Source: Dehalococcoidia bacterium (GTDB lineage: Bacteria > Chloroflexota > Dehalococcoidia > GIF9 > UBA5629). From it: 64,000 bases of DNA. The translations under genes and the position numbers were made by a program. The stretch lies in assembly GCA_034429715.1 (NCBI GenBank), contig DAOUFR010000058.1:7811-71810 (forward strand), given 5' to 3'. Shown here piece after piece: positions 1 through 9,433 of this stretch (the first letter of the stretch is position 1; the number at the start of each line of letters is the position of its first letter). A model generated the notes under the pieces. The model was given only the letters and a program-made list of their open reading frames with translations, was not told where the DNA came from and did no database searches.

Positions 1-1
1 T

Positions 2-931
2 GAGTCTTTGGATAACGGTAAGATCGCCGTTATTGAAGCATTGAAAGAAGCGATCGACATCGGGCGTAAAACCGGCATCCCCGTCCAGATAGCGCATATT
101 AAAATAGGACACATACAAAATTCCGTAATGAAAGATCCGCAGCAAATGATTGATATGATCGTTGCAGCGCAGCAGGAAGGAATCGATGTAACTGCCGATC
201 AGTATCCATATGAGACAGAATGCGACCCATTACTGGTTACGCTGAATTACAAATATCTCACAGGCGGACAGCTTAAGAAGGAGTTTAAGACCAGCCAGGG
301 CAAAATGGAATTGAAAAAAGGTGCCGATGAGGCCTTGTCCCTGGTCCCGCCCGAAGATATTTTGATAGTCGGTTGTGATGTGAAGAAGGACTATGAAGGC
401 AAGAATATCAAACAAATTGCGGAACTCGAAAAAAGAGAGCCCGCAGATGTATACATGGACTGCGTCCTCATGGACAAGCCCCCATACTGCGCATACTTCA
501 CTCAGGACATTAACATCGTGCGTAGTTTCATGAAGTATGACTGGGTATTTACCGGCTCTGACGGGGCTCTATTTCCGAAATCTTTTGCTCCGATTGTGGG
601 GAAAATGCATCCCCGCTTCTACGGCACTTTTTCCCGTAAACTCAAGCAGTTTGTTCTTGATGAAAAATTGATGGACCTTCAGTCCGCGATCAGGTCTATG
701 AGTTCCATGCCGGCTGAGAAATTTAAGCTTAAAGGCAGAGGGAAGATAGCCGAAGGTTACTATGCCGATATTGCGGTAATAGATCTTAGCAAGCTGGCGG
801 ACAAAGCGACATATGAAGATCCCATTGAGTACCCGACCGGTGTGGTCGACCTGATCGTAAACGGAGTTATTGAAATTCGGGACGGCAATGCAACGGGTCA
901 GGCAGGTGGACGTGGATGTACGAAGGAGTGA
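2..931 (+). CDS. N-acyl-D-amino-acid deacylase (D-aminoacylase) family amidohydrolase, C-terminal ~310 aa; 5' end lies outside the window
   Basis: The reading frame is open to the window edge, and the track start at 8 is an internal TTG. The motifs DQYPYE, FTGSDG and HPRFYGTF are characteristic of the amidohydrolase-3/D-aminoacylase C-terminal half. Confidence 0.6.
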   Translation, partial: ESLDNGKIAVIEALKEAIDIGRKTGIPVQIAHIKIGHIQNSVMKDPQQMIDMIVAAQQEGIDVTADQYPYETECDPLLVTLNYKYLTGGQLKKEFKTSQGKMELKKGADEALSLVPPEDILIVGCDVKKDYEGKNIKQIAELEKREPADVYMDCVLMDKPPYCAYFTQDINIVRSFMKYDWVFTGSDGALFPKSFAPIVGKMHPRFYGTFSRKLKQFVLDEKLMDLQSAIRSMSSMPAEKFKLKGRGKIAEGYYADIAVIDLSKLADKATYEDPIEYPTGVVDLIVNGVIEIRDGNATGQAGGRGCTKE

Positions 932-937
932 GCATGA

Positions 938-1204
938 CTACCCCTCGCCCACATAAGCGGCAATAACTTCTTTGTTTGATGCTATTTCCGCGGGAGTTCC
1001 ATCGGCAATATTTTTACCAAAGTCGAGCACGACGATACGGTCCGCAAGATCCATCACCACGCCCATGTCATGCTCGATCAGCACTATTGAGTCAACGCCG
1101 TCGCGCAGGACAGTAGTATCCGAGTAGGATTCACCTGGGCCTTCGCAGATATCGTAAACAAAGCGTGCGATTGACATCGTGATAGAAAGAACATATAATT
1201 TCAA
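938..1204 (-). pseudogene. 3' remnant of an ABC-transporter ATP-binding protein gene (LivG/LivF-like)
   Basis: The last ~70 aa (TTVLRDGVDSIVLIEHDMGVVMDLADRIVVLDFGKNIADGTPAEIASNKEVIAAYVGEG) match the H-loop and C-terminus of branched-chain ABC ATPases. The ORF is only 88 aa and has no Walker A/B or signature motif. Its upstream part is degenerate and closed by a stop. Confidence 0.45.
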
Positions 1205-1385
1205 ATGAATGAACTGTTCAGTATATATGTAATTCTGAATTATAGTGGTTCATAGCAGTCATTTGTTAACATGGATATGTCTTTTGATTGTGTCCATTGC
1301 GTAAAATTTCTTACGTCCGGGTTATTCTAAATTCGTAATGAGTATCAACTGTACTAAATATCAAATAATATAAGGGGAAAGGGGT

Positions 1386-2537
1386 ATGAAAACTAAAACA
1401 AAGGGCCCCGTCGACCTGTTCGATGAGGTGATTGATCAGGGCTTGTGTACTAATTGCGGTGCATGCATAGGTTTCTGTCCATACCAGGTCTTCTACAAGG
1501 GAAAAGTTCGCCGTCTTGATTTCTGTTCAGGAACGGAAGGTCAATGCTATGATCATTGCCCGCGCACTTATACGAATATGGATGCGATTAGCAATAAGAT
1601 CGTCGGGCAGCCCTATAACGGCAGCTCAATAGGTACTATGAAAGCGATATTTATTACCAGAGCGAAAACCGCAGCCATAAGAAACAAAGGACAATACGGA
1701 GGAACTGTTACTGCACTTCTGACGTATGTACTTGAAAACGGGATCATCGACCGAGCCTTACTGTCAAAGACGACCAAAGAGAAATTGCCAGTAGGATTCG
1801 TGGCGCGAAATGGAAAAGAAGTCCGTGAATGCGCAGGCTCAAACTATATCGCTTATCCGGCACTTGAAGCTTTAAACAGGGTAAATCCGGAGAGCGGGGA
1901 TCGCATCGGTATTGTCGTCACTCCCTGCCAGGCTCAGGCGTTAGCTAAAATGCGAACCTATCCGTCACGGAAGAGACATAGCGCTGAAAACGTCAAACTG
2001 GTGATCGGTCTTTTTTGTACATGGGCTATGGCGTATGAAGGATTTTATGATTTCCTCCGACAACGCCTTGACATTCAAGATATCAAGAAGTTCGATATTC
2101 CCCCGCCTCCTGCCAATACTTTCGACGTACATCTTGCCAAAGAAACCAGGACATTTTCACTCGATGAAATCAGGAAATTCCGCATGCCGACATGTGCGTA
2201 TTGTCTGGATATGACAGCCGAATTGACCGATATTTCCGTGGGATCAGCAGAGGGTATACCCGGGTGGAATACTGTTATAGTTCGCACCGATGAAGGCGCC
2301 AGGGTGGTTGAGACTGCAAAAAATATGGGTATAATCGAGATTGATGAATTGCCGCCCGCAAATTTGGATCATCTAAAAATGGCGTCGATGAATAAGAAAA
2401 AACGCGCAGTCAGCGAGATTGTGAGAAAAACAGGCAATAGAAACGATATGCTCTACTTAGGCCTGCCGGGCACAGTTAAAGATGACCTGTTGTCACAAAC
2501 AGACGATCAGGGAGGAAGTGCCGATGTTAACCATTGA
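1386..2537 (+). CDS. FrhB/FdhB-family (coenzyme F420 hydrogenase/dehydrogenase beta-subunit-like) iron-sulfur flavoprotein
   Basis: The N-terminal 2x[4Fe-4S] ferredoxin motif (CTNCGACIGFCPY ... CYDHCP) is followed by an FrhB-like body. A GGGGAAAGGGG RBS lies upstream. The stop overlaps the iorA start by 14 nt. Confidence 0.6.
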   Translation: MKTKTKGPVDLFDEVIDQGLCTNCGACIGFCPYQVFYKGKVRRLDFCSGTEGQCYDHCPRTYTNMDAISNKIVGQPYNGSSIGTMKAIFITRAKTAAIRNKGQYGGTVTALLTYVLENGIIDRALLSKTTKEKLPVGFVARNGKEVRECAGSNYIAYPALEALNRVNPESGDRIGIVVTPCQAQALAKMRTYPSRKRHSAENVKLVIGLFCTWAMAYEGFYDFLRQRLDIQDIKKFDIPPPPANTFDVHLAKETRTFSLDEIRKFRMPTCAYCLDMTAELTDISVGSAEGIPGWNTVIVRTDEGARVVETAKNMGIIEIDELPPANLDHLKMASMNKKKRAVSEIVRKTGNRNDMLYLGLPGTVKDDLLSQTDDQGGSADVNH

Positions 2538-4464
2538 TATTGATGCTCCGGGCAAAAGACGAATATTCATCGGGAATGAAGCTATCGCAAGGGGGGCGCT
2601 GGAAGCCGGAGTAGGTTTTGCAGCGGCATATCCAGGGACTCCTTCCTCGGAGGTCCTCGGCAGCCTGGTCGAAGTGGCCAAATCGCAGAACATCTACGTA
2701 GAATGGTCTGTAAATGAGATGGTATCGCTTGAGGAAGCAGCAGCAGCATCGTACGCCGGCGTGCGTTCCCTGTGCGCCATGAAGATGAATGGTCTCAATG
2801 TGGCATTGGATTTTATATCCGGCCTTGTTATTACCGGCATAGGGAAGAAAGGCTTGGTACTGATGGTCGCCGATGATCCGCAGGCACATTCCAGCTCTGA
2901 AGAGGAAGACTCGCGTAATATAGCCAAGATGTTCGATATCCCTCTTCTTGAACCAAGCGATGCCCAGGAAGCCAAAGATATGATGAAATATCTGTATGAA
3001 TTGAGTGAGGAGATCGGTTCTATTTGCTTCCTGCGCAGCGTAACGAGGGTGGCACATGCCCGCGGCACAGTGACGCTGGGTGAGTTGCCGAAGATGAAAC
3101 ATCACGCGCGCTTTGATGACGTGCTGGATCTTAAAAAAATTATGCCCACGTCAATAATGCCGTTGCCCACATCCTTGCGGCACGCGTTTCAGCATATGAA
3201 GCTGGAAAAAGCGCGCGCCAAGTTCGAGCAATCGTCTTTTAACGAGTATCTGGGACCTCAGAAACCGGATTTACTAATAATCACATCCGGCAGTGGATGG
3301 ACATACTCGCAGGATGCAGTTGAAGCGCTGAAACTTCAAGAAAAGGTTGGTATCCTTAAGTTGGGTACTGTGTGGCCATTACCCGAAAAACTGGTAAAAA
3401 GCTGTTTGGATAGCGCAAGCAAGGTGCTTTTCGTAGAAGAGATCGATCCCTTTATTGAGGATGCGGTAATGGCGTATCGATCGAGTGTCTCCGTGGAAGG
3501 ATACAAAAATATATTCTATGGCAAGTTTACGCGACATATGAACGTGGTCGGTGAGTTGACGCCCGATGGGATCATAAAAGCTATAACGGACATCCTGAAT
3601 ATCCAGTATGAGGCTCAGACTGCGTCGTACGTCAAACGTCTTGAAACAGTGCCTCAAAACATCATGATGGAACGTATTCAGACCTTTTGTCCCGGATGTC
3701 CCCACCGCGCGACATACTGGTCTATTAAGAATGCGTTGATGATGGACGGGAGAAAGGGGTTTGTGACGGGTGATATCGGGTGCTATTCGATGGCTCTTGG
3801 CCCTGCCGGGTTTTTCATGAACAGGGTGCAGCAATGCATGGGGGGTGGAAGTGGACTAGCCAACGGATTTGGACAGCTCTGGAGATTCGGATTCGATCAG
3901 CCTGTCGTAGCAGTATGCGGAGATTCTACATTCTTCCACGCAGTTATGCCGGCGCTGATTAATGGTGTCCACAATAATGCTAACTTCGTGCTCGTTGTGC
4001 TTGATAATCGAGCGACAGCCATGACAGGTTTCCAGCCCAATCCCGGAACCGAGTTGACTGCTATGGGTGAACGAGCAAAGATGATTAGCATAGAGAAGAT
4101 TTGCCAGGCCATAGGAGCGCGGGTGGAAGTCTGTGATCCGTTCAATCTTTCAGACACGCAGGCAACTTTATTGGATTTATTAGAGAATGAAAAAGGAACC
4201 CGGGTGGCTGTGATGCGACGCAGTTGCGAGCTTGTTCGTGGCAGGAGAGAGGCGAAACCATACAAAGTCAGTGTTAATGCAGAGAAGTGCTGGTCTGATG
4301 AGTGCGGATGTAACAGACTTTGCACAGAAGTCTTTGGCTGCCCTGCCCTGGCAATCGATGAAGCAACAGGTAAAACTAAAATTGATGAAGTCTTGTGCAA
4401 TGGATGTGGTGTGTGTGCTGACATCTGTCCGCATGGTGCAATATTGAAGGAGGCAATCAAGTGA
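2524..4464 (+). CDS. iorA: indolepyruvate:ferredoxin oxidoreductase alpha subunit
   Basis: The N-terminus (IFIGNEAIARGALEAGV, GYPGTPSSE) is IorA-like. A TPP-binding region is present, and the C-terminus carries a 2x[4Fe-4S] motif (CNGCGVCADICP). ATG 2524 follows a GGAGG RBS; the track ORF starts earlier at 2482. Confidence 0.8.
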   Translation: MLTIDIDAPGKRRIFIGNEAIARGALEAGVGFAAAYPGTPSSEVLGSLVEVAKSQNIYVEWSVNEMVSLEEAAAASYAGVRSLCAMKMNGLNVALDFISGLVITGIGKKGLVLMVADDPQAHSSSEEEDSRNIAKMFDIPLLEPSDAQEAKDMMKYLYELSEEIGSICFLRSVTRVAHARGTVTLGELPKMKHHARFDDVLDLKKIMPTSIMPLPTSLRHAFQHMKLEKARAKFEQSSFNEYLGPQKPDLLIITSGSGWTYSQDAVEALKLQEKVGILKLGTVWPLPEKLVKSCLDSASKVLFVEEIDPFIEDAVMAYRSSVSVEGYKNIFYGKFTRHMNVVGELTPDGIIKAITDILNIQYEAQTASYVKRLETVPQNIMMERIQTFCPGCPHRATYWSIKNALMMDGRKGFVTGDIGCYSMALGPAGFFMNRVQQCMGGGSGLANGFGQLWRFGFDQPVVAVCGDSTFFHAVMPALINGVHNNANFVLVVLDNRATAMTGFQPNPGTELTAMGERAKMISIEKICQAIGARVEVCDPFNLSDTQATLLDLLENEKGTRVAVMRRSCELVRGRREAKPYKVSVNAEKCWSDECGCNRLCTEVFGCPALAIDEATGKTKIDEVLCNGCGVCADICPHGAILKEAIK

Positions 4465-5075
4465 AACATCTTTTTAAAGAGCCGGTTAATTTCATTGTTT
4501 CCGGGGTGGGTGGGCAAGGAAATGTAATGATTTCTTTAATAGTCGGTGGCGCATTGGTGGACATGGGTTACTATGTTGCTGTTGGAGAGACGTATGGTTC
4601 CAGCCAGAGGGGGGGTTCGGTTATGAGCCACGTCAGAATATCAGCCAATAAACAGTATGGACCTCTTATACCCGAAGGTCAGGCGCATATAATTCTGGGA
4701 ATGGAGCCAGTGGAAACTGTAAGAATGTTCAGGCAATTTGGAAATGAACACGTAGTAACGATTGTTAATCCAAGACCGATTCCTGCAGTTGGCATGATCT
4801 ACGATAAATATCCGGAAATACCTGTTTTACTCCAGCATATACGTAATATGTCCGCTAAGATCTATGTTGTAAATGCTACGGAAGAAGCGCAAAAGCTGGG
4901 GAATCCTATTCTGGCAAATATGGTCCTGATTGGAGCTCTTGTCGAAACATCATTGCTTCCGATTGAGGAGAAAGACATTAGGTTGAGCATAGAAGAGCTT
5001 TTCCCCAAAGCAATAGATATCAATATGAAGGCGTTAAAACTGGGAAGGGAAATTGTTCACAAGCAGGCCGCGTAG
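4461..5075 (+). CDS. iorB: indolepyruvate:ferredoxin oxidoreductase beta subunit
   Basis: The motif GVGGQGNVMISLIVGGA marks the POR gamma-domain family. The GTG start overlaps the iorA stop by 4 nt. Confidence 0.75.
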   Translation: MKHLFKEPVNFIVSGVGGQGNVMISLIVGGALVDMGYYVAVGETYGSSQRGGSVMSHVRISANKQYGPLIPEGQAHIILGMEPVETVRMFRQFGNEHVVTIVNPRPIPAVGMIYDKYPEIPVLLQHIRNMSAKIYVVNATEEAQKLGNPILANMVLIGALVETSLLPIEEKDIRLSIEELFPKAIDINMKALKLGREIVHKQAA

Positions 5076-5099
5076 TGCTTTGTATTTCAGCAGAGAAAA

Positions 5100-5130
5100 G
5101 TCTGTTTCAGTGAAACATATACTGAAATGA
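5100..5130. terminator. possible hairpin (7-bp inverted repeat TTTCAGT-N9-ACTGAAA) in the convergent gap between iorB and the TetR gene
   Basis: The inverted repeat sits at 5105-5111/5121-5127. A T-rich stretch follows on the minus strand. A weak CC-UUCG-GG hairpin with a T-run lies at 5147-5166 on the plus strand. Confidence 0.3.
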
Positions 5131-5191
5131 GTAGCAGTAATATTAGGCCTTCGGGAAATTTTTCAGTATGGTTATCTGAATCGTCGTAAAA

Positions 5192-5917
5192 TTACCTTCT
5201 GGACCTGGTGGTTTTCTGTGGCTCGATAAAGGCATTCTTAAGTGCGCTAACAACCGTTTCCTCACACAGCTTTTCATCCAGGTGTACAGGGTGCGGGCCA
5301 CCGCGCTTATGAACGGCAAACCAATTAGTTGTCTCGAAAATTAACCTTGCTGAAATAGAGGTATCAGGCACAGCTTTAAACAACTTCATCTTTATGCGCG
5401 AATCCAGATACTTCGACAGTAAATCGATGAGGTCTTCACGAACACGCTGATAAAAGAATTGAGCGAGGTCAGGATAATCTTCTGCCGATTGCATGACAAT
5501 GGCTATACCGTATCTATATCTTGATAGCGTATGATATAAATTGCGCAGGATGTTATCAAATTCCGCTTCAATATCGGGTACGTCTTTCCGATCAATAGCC
5601 TCTTCAATATATCGGAATACATGTCTTTCCTCAATCATCTTTTCCAACATGGCCACAGGCGTCATTTTGCGCGAAAGTTTTATCGGTAATACCACATGAG
5701 TTAAATCCTCATCATCCGAAAAAATACGCTTTAAAACAAAATGAAACAAGGCCTTCTTGCTTTTTACATAAAGATATAAAGTCCCTGGCGCTATGTCCAT
5801 GTCACCGGCTATTTTTGACATGTGCGTCTTGTTGTAACCGAACTTTGCAAATATCCTGGCACTGGTTAGGACAAGTTTATTTAAACGCTCAAGGCTCCTG
5901 TTATTTTGATCTGCCAT
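5192..5917 (-). CDS. TetR-family transcriptional regulator
   Basis: An N-terminal HTH (RIFAKFGYNKTHMSKIAGDMDIAPGTLYLYVKSK) is followed by an alpha-helical C-terminal domain. It is divergent from the AbfD-like operon. Confidence 0.75.
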   Translation of the reverse strand: MADQNNRSLERLNKLVLTSARIFAKFGYNKTHMSKIAGDMDIAPGTLYLYVKSKKALFHFVLKRIFSDDEDLTHVVLPIKLSRKMTPVAMLEKMIEERHVFRYIEEAIDRKDVPDIEAEFDNILRNLYHTLSRYRYGIAIVMQSAEDYPDLAQFFYQRVREDLIDLLSKYLDSRIKMKLFKAVPDTSISARLIFETTNWFAVHKRGGPHPVHLDEKLCEETVVSALKNAFIEPQKTTRSRR

Positions 5918-6000
5918 ATACAAGCCTACTAATATATATTTTGAAAAAGTTTAATATATGCGAGTTACAAAATCAAATTTATATAAATCAGTCATTCAGC

Positions 6001-6028
6001 TTGACATTTATTTACAGATTGTTATAAT
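6001..6028 (+). promoter_or_regulatory. sigma70-like promoter (TTGACA-16 nt-TATAAT) driving the AbfD-like genes
   Basis: TTGACA sits at 6001-6006 and TATAAT at 6023-6028, in an AT-rich divergent intergenic region. Confidence 0.5.
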
Positions 6029-6044
6029 GATTATTATAATGGAT

Positions 6045-6065
6045 ATGAATGAATAAGTCATTCAT
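6045..6065. promoter_or_regulatory. candidate TetR operator: inverted repeat ATGAATGA-N5-TCATTCAT
   Basis: 8-bp perfect arms sit at 6045-6052/6058-6065, just downstream of the -10 element. A further TCATTCA half-site lies at 5992-5998 next to the -35 element. Confidence 0.45.
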
Positions 6066-6178
6066 ATTATTACAGTAAGAGATCAGTATGGTTATCAAAT
6101 TAACTAATTTAATCATCCTATTTGCTGGCTCTTCTAATCACTGTCGCAAATTATTATTTAAATAGGCAGGAGAACAAG

Positions 6179-7642
6179 ATGCGGACTAAGAAAGAGTTCA
6201 TACAGGCGCTGAAGAAGAAGAGAAGAAACGTTTACTACGAGGGCAAGCTCATTGATCGCGATGACGAATTACAGATGCCTGCTATAGATACAATGGCAAT
6301 CACGTTCGATATGGCAAATGATCCTAAATATAAAGACCTGGTATTAGCCAAAAGCCACCTGACAAGTGAGACCATTAATCGGTGGACACATATACATCAG
6401 AGTAAAGAGGACTTGCATAAGAAACAAGATGCAACACGTGCCCTTTGCCGCTTGGTCGGAGGATGTCTGCATAGGTGCATGGGTATTGATGCCGCAAATG
6501 CTATTAATGCCATTTCATACGAAGCGGATAAGGCAAATGGTAATTCCACCGAATATCATAAAAATTTTCTCAAATGGCTTGAACGTTTCCAGAAAGAAGA
6601 CCTGGTTGGTTGTTGCGCGCAGACTGATGTGAAGGGAGACAGAATGAAACGTCCAAGTCAGCAGAAGGATCCGGACTTATATTTGAGGATTATTGAGAAA
6701 AAAAGCGATGGCGTTATAGTTCAGGGTTGCAAACTGCATAATTCTGAAGCTTCGTACGCTGATGAGATACTGGTTGTACCGACCCGTTCGCTGCTGCCGG
6801 AGGAAAAAGACTGGGCGATAGCTTTTGCTATACCTGCAGATTGGGAAGGTGTGACGCAAGTAGTGACGATTCATAACCTGAGGGAACGAAAACATTTCAG
6901 GAAAGGATTTATGCAGGGAGCTACTGATTCATACACAATATTTGATAAGTGTTTCATTCCCTGGGAAAGGGTATTTCTTTGCGGTGAGACAGTTCATGGC
7001 TCCGTAGGCGCGCTGCTTTTTGCGCTTTTCCACAGGCACAGTTTCTCCGGATGTAAACCTGCGTTGGGTGATCATTTAGTGGGGACGGCAGCATTAATAG
7101 CTGAATATAACGGCATTGAGAGGGCAGGACATGTAAGAGCTAAGCTGGCGGAGTTGATACGCGTCTCGGAACTCGGCTACGCTGCAGGTTTTACAGCGTC
7201 GGAACTTGCCATGCCGAAAGTGTACATGCCCGGTGTTGGTGTGGTCCCCTATGGTCCTGGCAGCTATTTCCCCGATTCGATCTATTGCAATGTTGGTCGT
7301 TGCCTGACAGGCGAGGCCGTTTACAGAGAGTCCGAGATCATTTGCGACCTTGCCGGTGGGATTCCGGCCACATTTCCGCATGAAGCTGATTTCTTGAATC
7401 CTAAAACGCGTGGCTTTCTTGAAAAATATACGATGCGTAATCCAAATAAGAAGATAGAGAATGCTATCAAGTTGTGGATGCATGTTGGTGATATGTTGTG
7501 TTCCGCTTCTGGCGGCATCTGGATGGTGGGAAATTATCACGGTGGCGGCTCACCCGTTATGGAGACAATAGCTATAACTGCACAATACGATATCGAAGAC
7601 CGCAAGCAGATAGTCAAGAAGGTGGCCGGTATGGAGGACTGA
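6179..7642 (+). CDS. 4-hydroxybutyryl-CoA dehydratase/vinylacetyl-CoA isomerase (AbfD) family [4Fe-4S] flavoenzyme, paralog 1
   Basis: The cluster-ligand pattern C-x3-C (GGCLHRCMG, Cys96/Cys100) plus H-x6-C (FHRHSFSGCKP) matches AbfD Cys99/Cys103/His292/Cys299. Length (487 aa) and fold family fit AbfD/HpaB. ATG 6179 follows a GGAG RBS. Confidence 0.6.
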   Translation: MRTKKEFIQALKKKRRNVYYEGKLIDRDDELQMPAIDTMAITFDMANDPKYKDLVLAKSHLTSETINRWTHIHQSKEDLHKKQDATRALCRLVGGCLHRCMGIDAANAINAISYEADKANGNSTEYHKNFLKWLERFQKEDLVGCCAQTDVKGDRMKRPSQQKDPDLYLRIIEKKSDGVIVQGCKLHNSEASYADEILVVPTRSLLPEEKDWAIAFAIPADWEGVTQVVTIHNLRERKHFRKGFMQGATDSYTIFDKCFIPWERVFLCGETVHGSVGALLFALFHRHSFSGCKPALGDHLVGTAALIAEYNGIERAGHVRAKLAELIRVSELGYAAGFTASELAMPKVYMPGVGVVPYGPGSYFPDSIYCNVGRCLTGEAVYRESEIICDLAGGIPATFPHEADFLNPKTRGFLEKYTMRNPNKKIENAIKLWMHVGDMLCSASGGIWMVGNYHGGGSPVMETIAITAQYDIEDRKQIVKKVAGMED

Positions 7643-7727
7643 GACTCACGATTTAATAGCGGATTACAGATACGAAGCAGCTTAATAATATTATAACCCA
7701 AAACATTGGTAAAAGGAGGATAAATCA

Positions 7728-9206
7728 GTGATTTCATCCAGCGAATACAGAAAAAGGCTAAGCAAACTCAGGCGCAATATATATAATGATGGTAGTCTGG
7801 TGGACCGGGAATACGATCGATTGCAAGGCGCAATAAACGTACTGGCCAGAGGCTATGATATTGTGACTGATCCGGAGTTCAAGGAATATGAAGATATACT
7901 TACTGCTACTTCCCATTTGACTGGAGAAAAGATAAATCGCTTCAACCATATCCATCGTAGTGTCCAGGATCTGCTTGCTAAACAGAGAATGACGCGATTG
8001 ACAACGCAGCAGGTTGGAGGCTGTATCGCACGCTGCATGGGTATAGATTCAACCAATGCGCTTTCAGTTATAACATACCTTACTGACCAGAAATATGGCA
8101 CAGAGTACCATAAACGCTTCGAGGCTTGGCTAAAGGATTTCCAAATTAATGATCGCACAGCTTGCTGTGCTCAGACCGATGTTAAAGGTAACCGACCCTG
8201 GCGCCCACACCAACAAAAAGACCTCGACCTTTATCTAAGGGTCGTGGAGAAGAAGAGCGACGGCATTGTAGTCAGAGGCGCTAAGGTACATAACTCATGG
8301 GCCTCAGTTGTGGAGCAAATTAACGTTATACCGACCAGGGCATTAACGAAAGAAGAAGGAGACTGGGCGGTGGCTTTCAACGTTCCTGCAGATGCCGATG
8401 GCATCAAACAGATAGTTAGTGTTACCAAGGCAGATCTGCCTGAAGGTATGACGGGTCCTGGGCCCTTTGGAAGTGCTGATTCCATGACTGTATTTGATAA
8501 TGTATTTATTCCCTGGGACCACGTTTTTCTCTGCGGTGAGTCAGAAATGGGCGGCTATTTAGCGTTGCTTTTCGCTCTATATCACCGGCACAGCTATACT
8601 GGATGCAAGCCCGCCATGACTGACATCCTGACCGGAGCCGTGGCCCTCATGGCTGAGGTCAATGGTATCGAAAAGGAGCACCATGTAAGGGAGAAGTTGT
8701 CCGAAATGATCTGTACATCGGAACTCTGCTACGGAAGCGGCATCGCCGCCGCGGTCAATGCCTCGAAGTCACCTTCTGGAACTTTTATACCTGATATGAT
8801 GTATTGCAATGTTAGCCGCAGGCATGCGGGAATTAATATTTATCATGAGTATGACATACTGGCAGATATTGCAGGGGGTATGCCTGCAACTTTGCCACGT
8901 CCCAAGGACTGGACCAACGAGGAAACACGTCCCTTCATAGAGAAATACATGGCCCGTAATCCCGATGTCAAAGTTGAGGACGTGCTCAAGGCTTTCTATT
9001 TCGTACAGACCTTTTCCTGCACTGAGATTGCCGGGGTATCACAATATGCCGGTGTTCACGGAGGCGGTTCACCCAGAATGGAGCAGATAGCTATAATGGG
9101 AGCTTATAATCTGGAAAATCCAAAAAATATTGCCAAAAGGCTGGCCGGAATTGAAACGGGCAAACCGTACACATTCGATCGCCTGGGTATCACGCCTATC
9201 CTATGA
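7728..9206 (+). CDS. AbfD-family dehydratase, paralog 2
   Basis: It carries the same C-x3-C (GGCIARCMG) and H-x6-C (YHRHSYTGCKP) motifs. It is roughly 45% identical to paralog 1 by eye. AGGAGG precedes the GTG start. Confidence 0.6.
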   Translation: MISSSEYRKRLSKLRRNIYNDGSLVDREYDRLQGAINVLARGYDIVTDPEFKEYEDILTATSHLTGEKINRFNHIHRSVQDLLAKQRMTRLTTQQVGGCIARCMGIDSTNALSVITYLTDQKYGTEYHKRFEAWLKDFQINDRTACCAQTDVKGNRPWRPHQQKDLDLYLRVVEKKSDGIVVRGAKVHNSWASVVEQINVIPTRALTKEEGDWAVAFNVPADADGIKQIVSVTKADLPEGMTGPGPFGSADSMTVFDNVFIPWDHVFLCGESEMGGYLALLFALYHRHSYTGCKPAMTDILTGAVALMAEVNGIEKEHHVREKLSEMICTSELCYGSGIAAAVNASKSPSGTFIPDMMYCNVSRRHAGINIYHEYDILADIAGGMPATLPRPKDWTNEETRPFIEKYMARNPDVKVEDVLKAFYFVQTFSCTEIAGVSQYAGVHGGGSPRMEQIAIMGAYNLENPKNIAKRLAGIETGKPYTFDRLGITPIL

Positions 9207-9230
9207 GGATGGTGATCACTATCATAGCAA

Positions 9231-9270
9231 AAAGGAGCTGCCTATAATACGGACAGCTCCTTTTAATATT
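9231..9270 (+). terminator. rho-independent terminator after the AbfD operon
   Basis: The stem AAAAGGAGCTG / CAGCTCCTTTT has a 13-nt loop and is followed by TTTTAATATT. Confidence 0.65.
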
Positions 9271-9390
9271 AAACAAGAAAACGTGATTAAGTAACTGTTG
9301 AACACGTCGAGCGCCTGTGTCGCAGCCAATAACGTTCCGGGTACCGGGCCTGCCCATCATCTTCCTGGCGATGTCAGCCCGTGCGGTGTA

Positions 9391-9419
9391 TTGACCATGC
9401 TGCTTTAAAACCGTATAAT
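9391..9419 (+). promoter_or_regulatory. sigma70-like promoter (TTGACC-17-TATAAT) immediately upstream of purF, giving a ~8 nt leader
   Basis: TTGACC sits at 9391-9396 and TATAAT at 9414-9419. The purF ATG is at 9434 with no SD between. Confidence 0.5.
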
Positions 9420-9433
9420 TCACGTGCAACCCG

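Noticed and set aside
9207-9433. Possible purine riboswitch (ZTP/pfl-like) in the 227-nt region upstream of purF. GC-rich segments such as CCGGGTACCGGGCCTGCCC and CCTGGCGATGTCAG looked reminiscent.
   Set aside because: The segments are in the wrong order for the pfl consensus. A complete sigma70-type promoter sits immediately before the purF ATG, so this region is probably not transcribed as a leader. The 5' part of the region is the terminator of the upstream operon.
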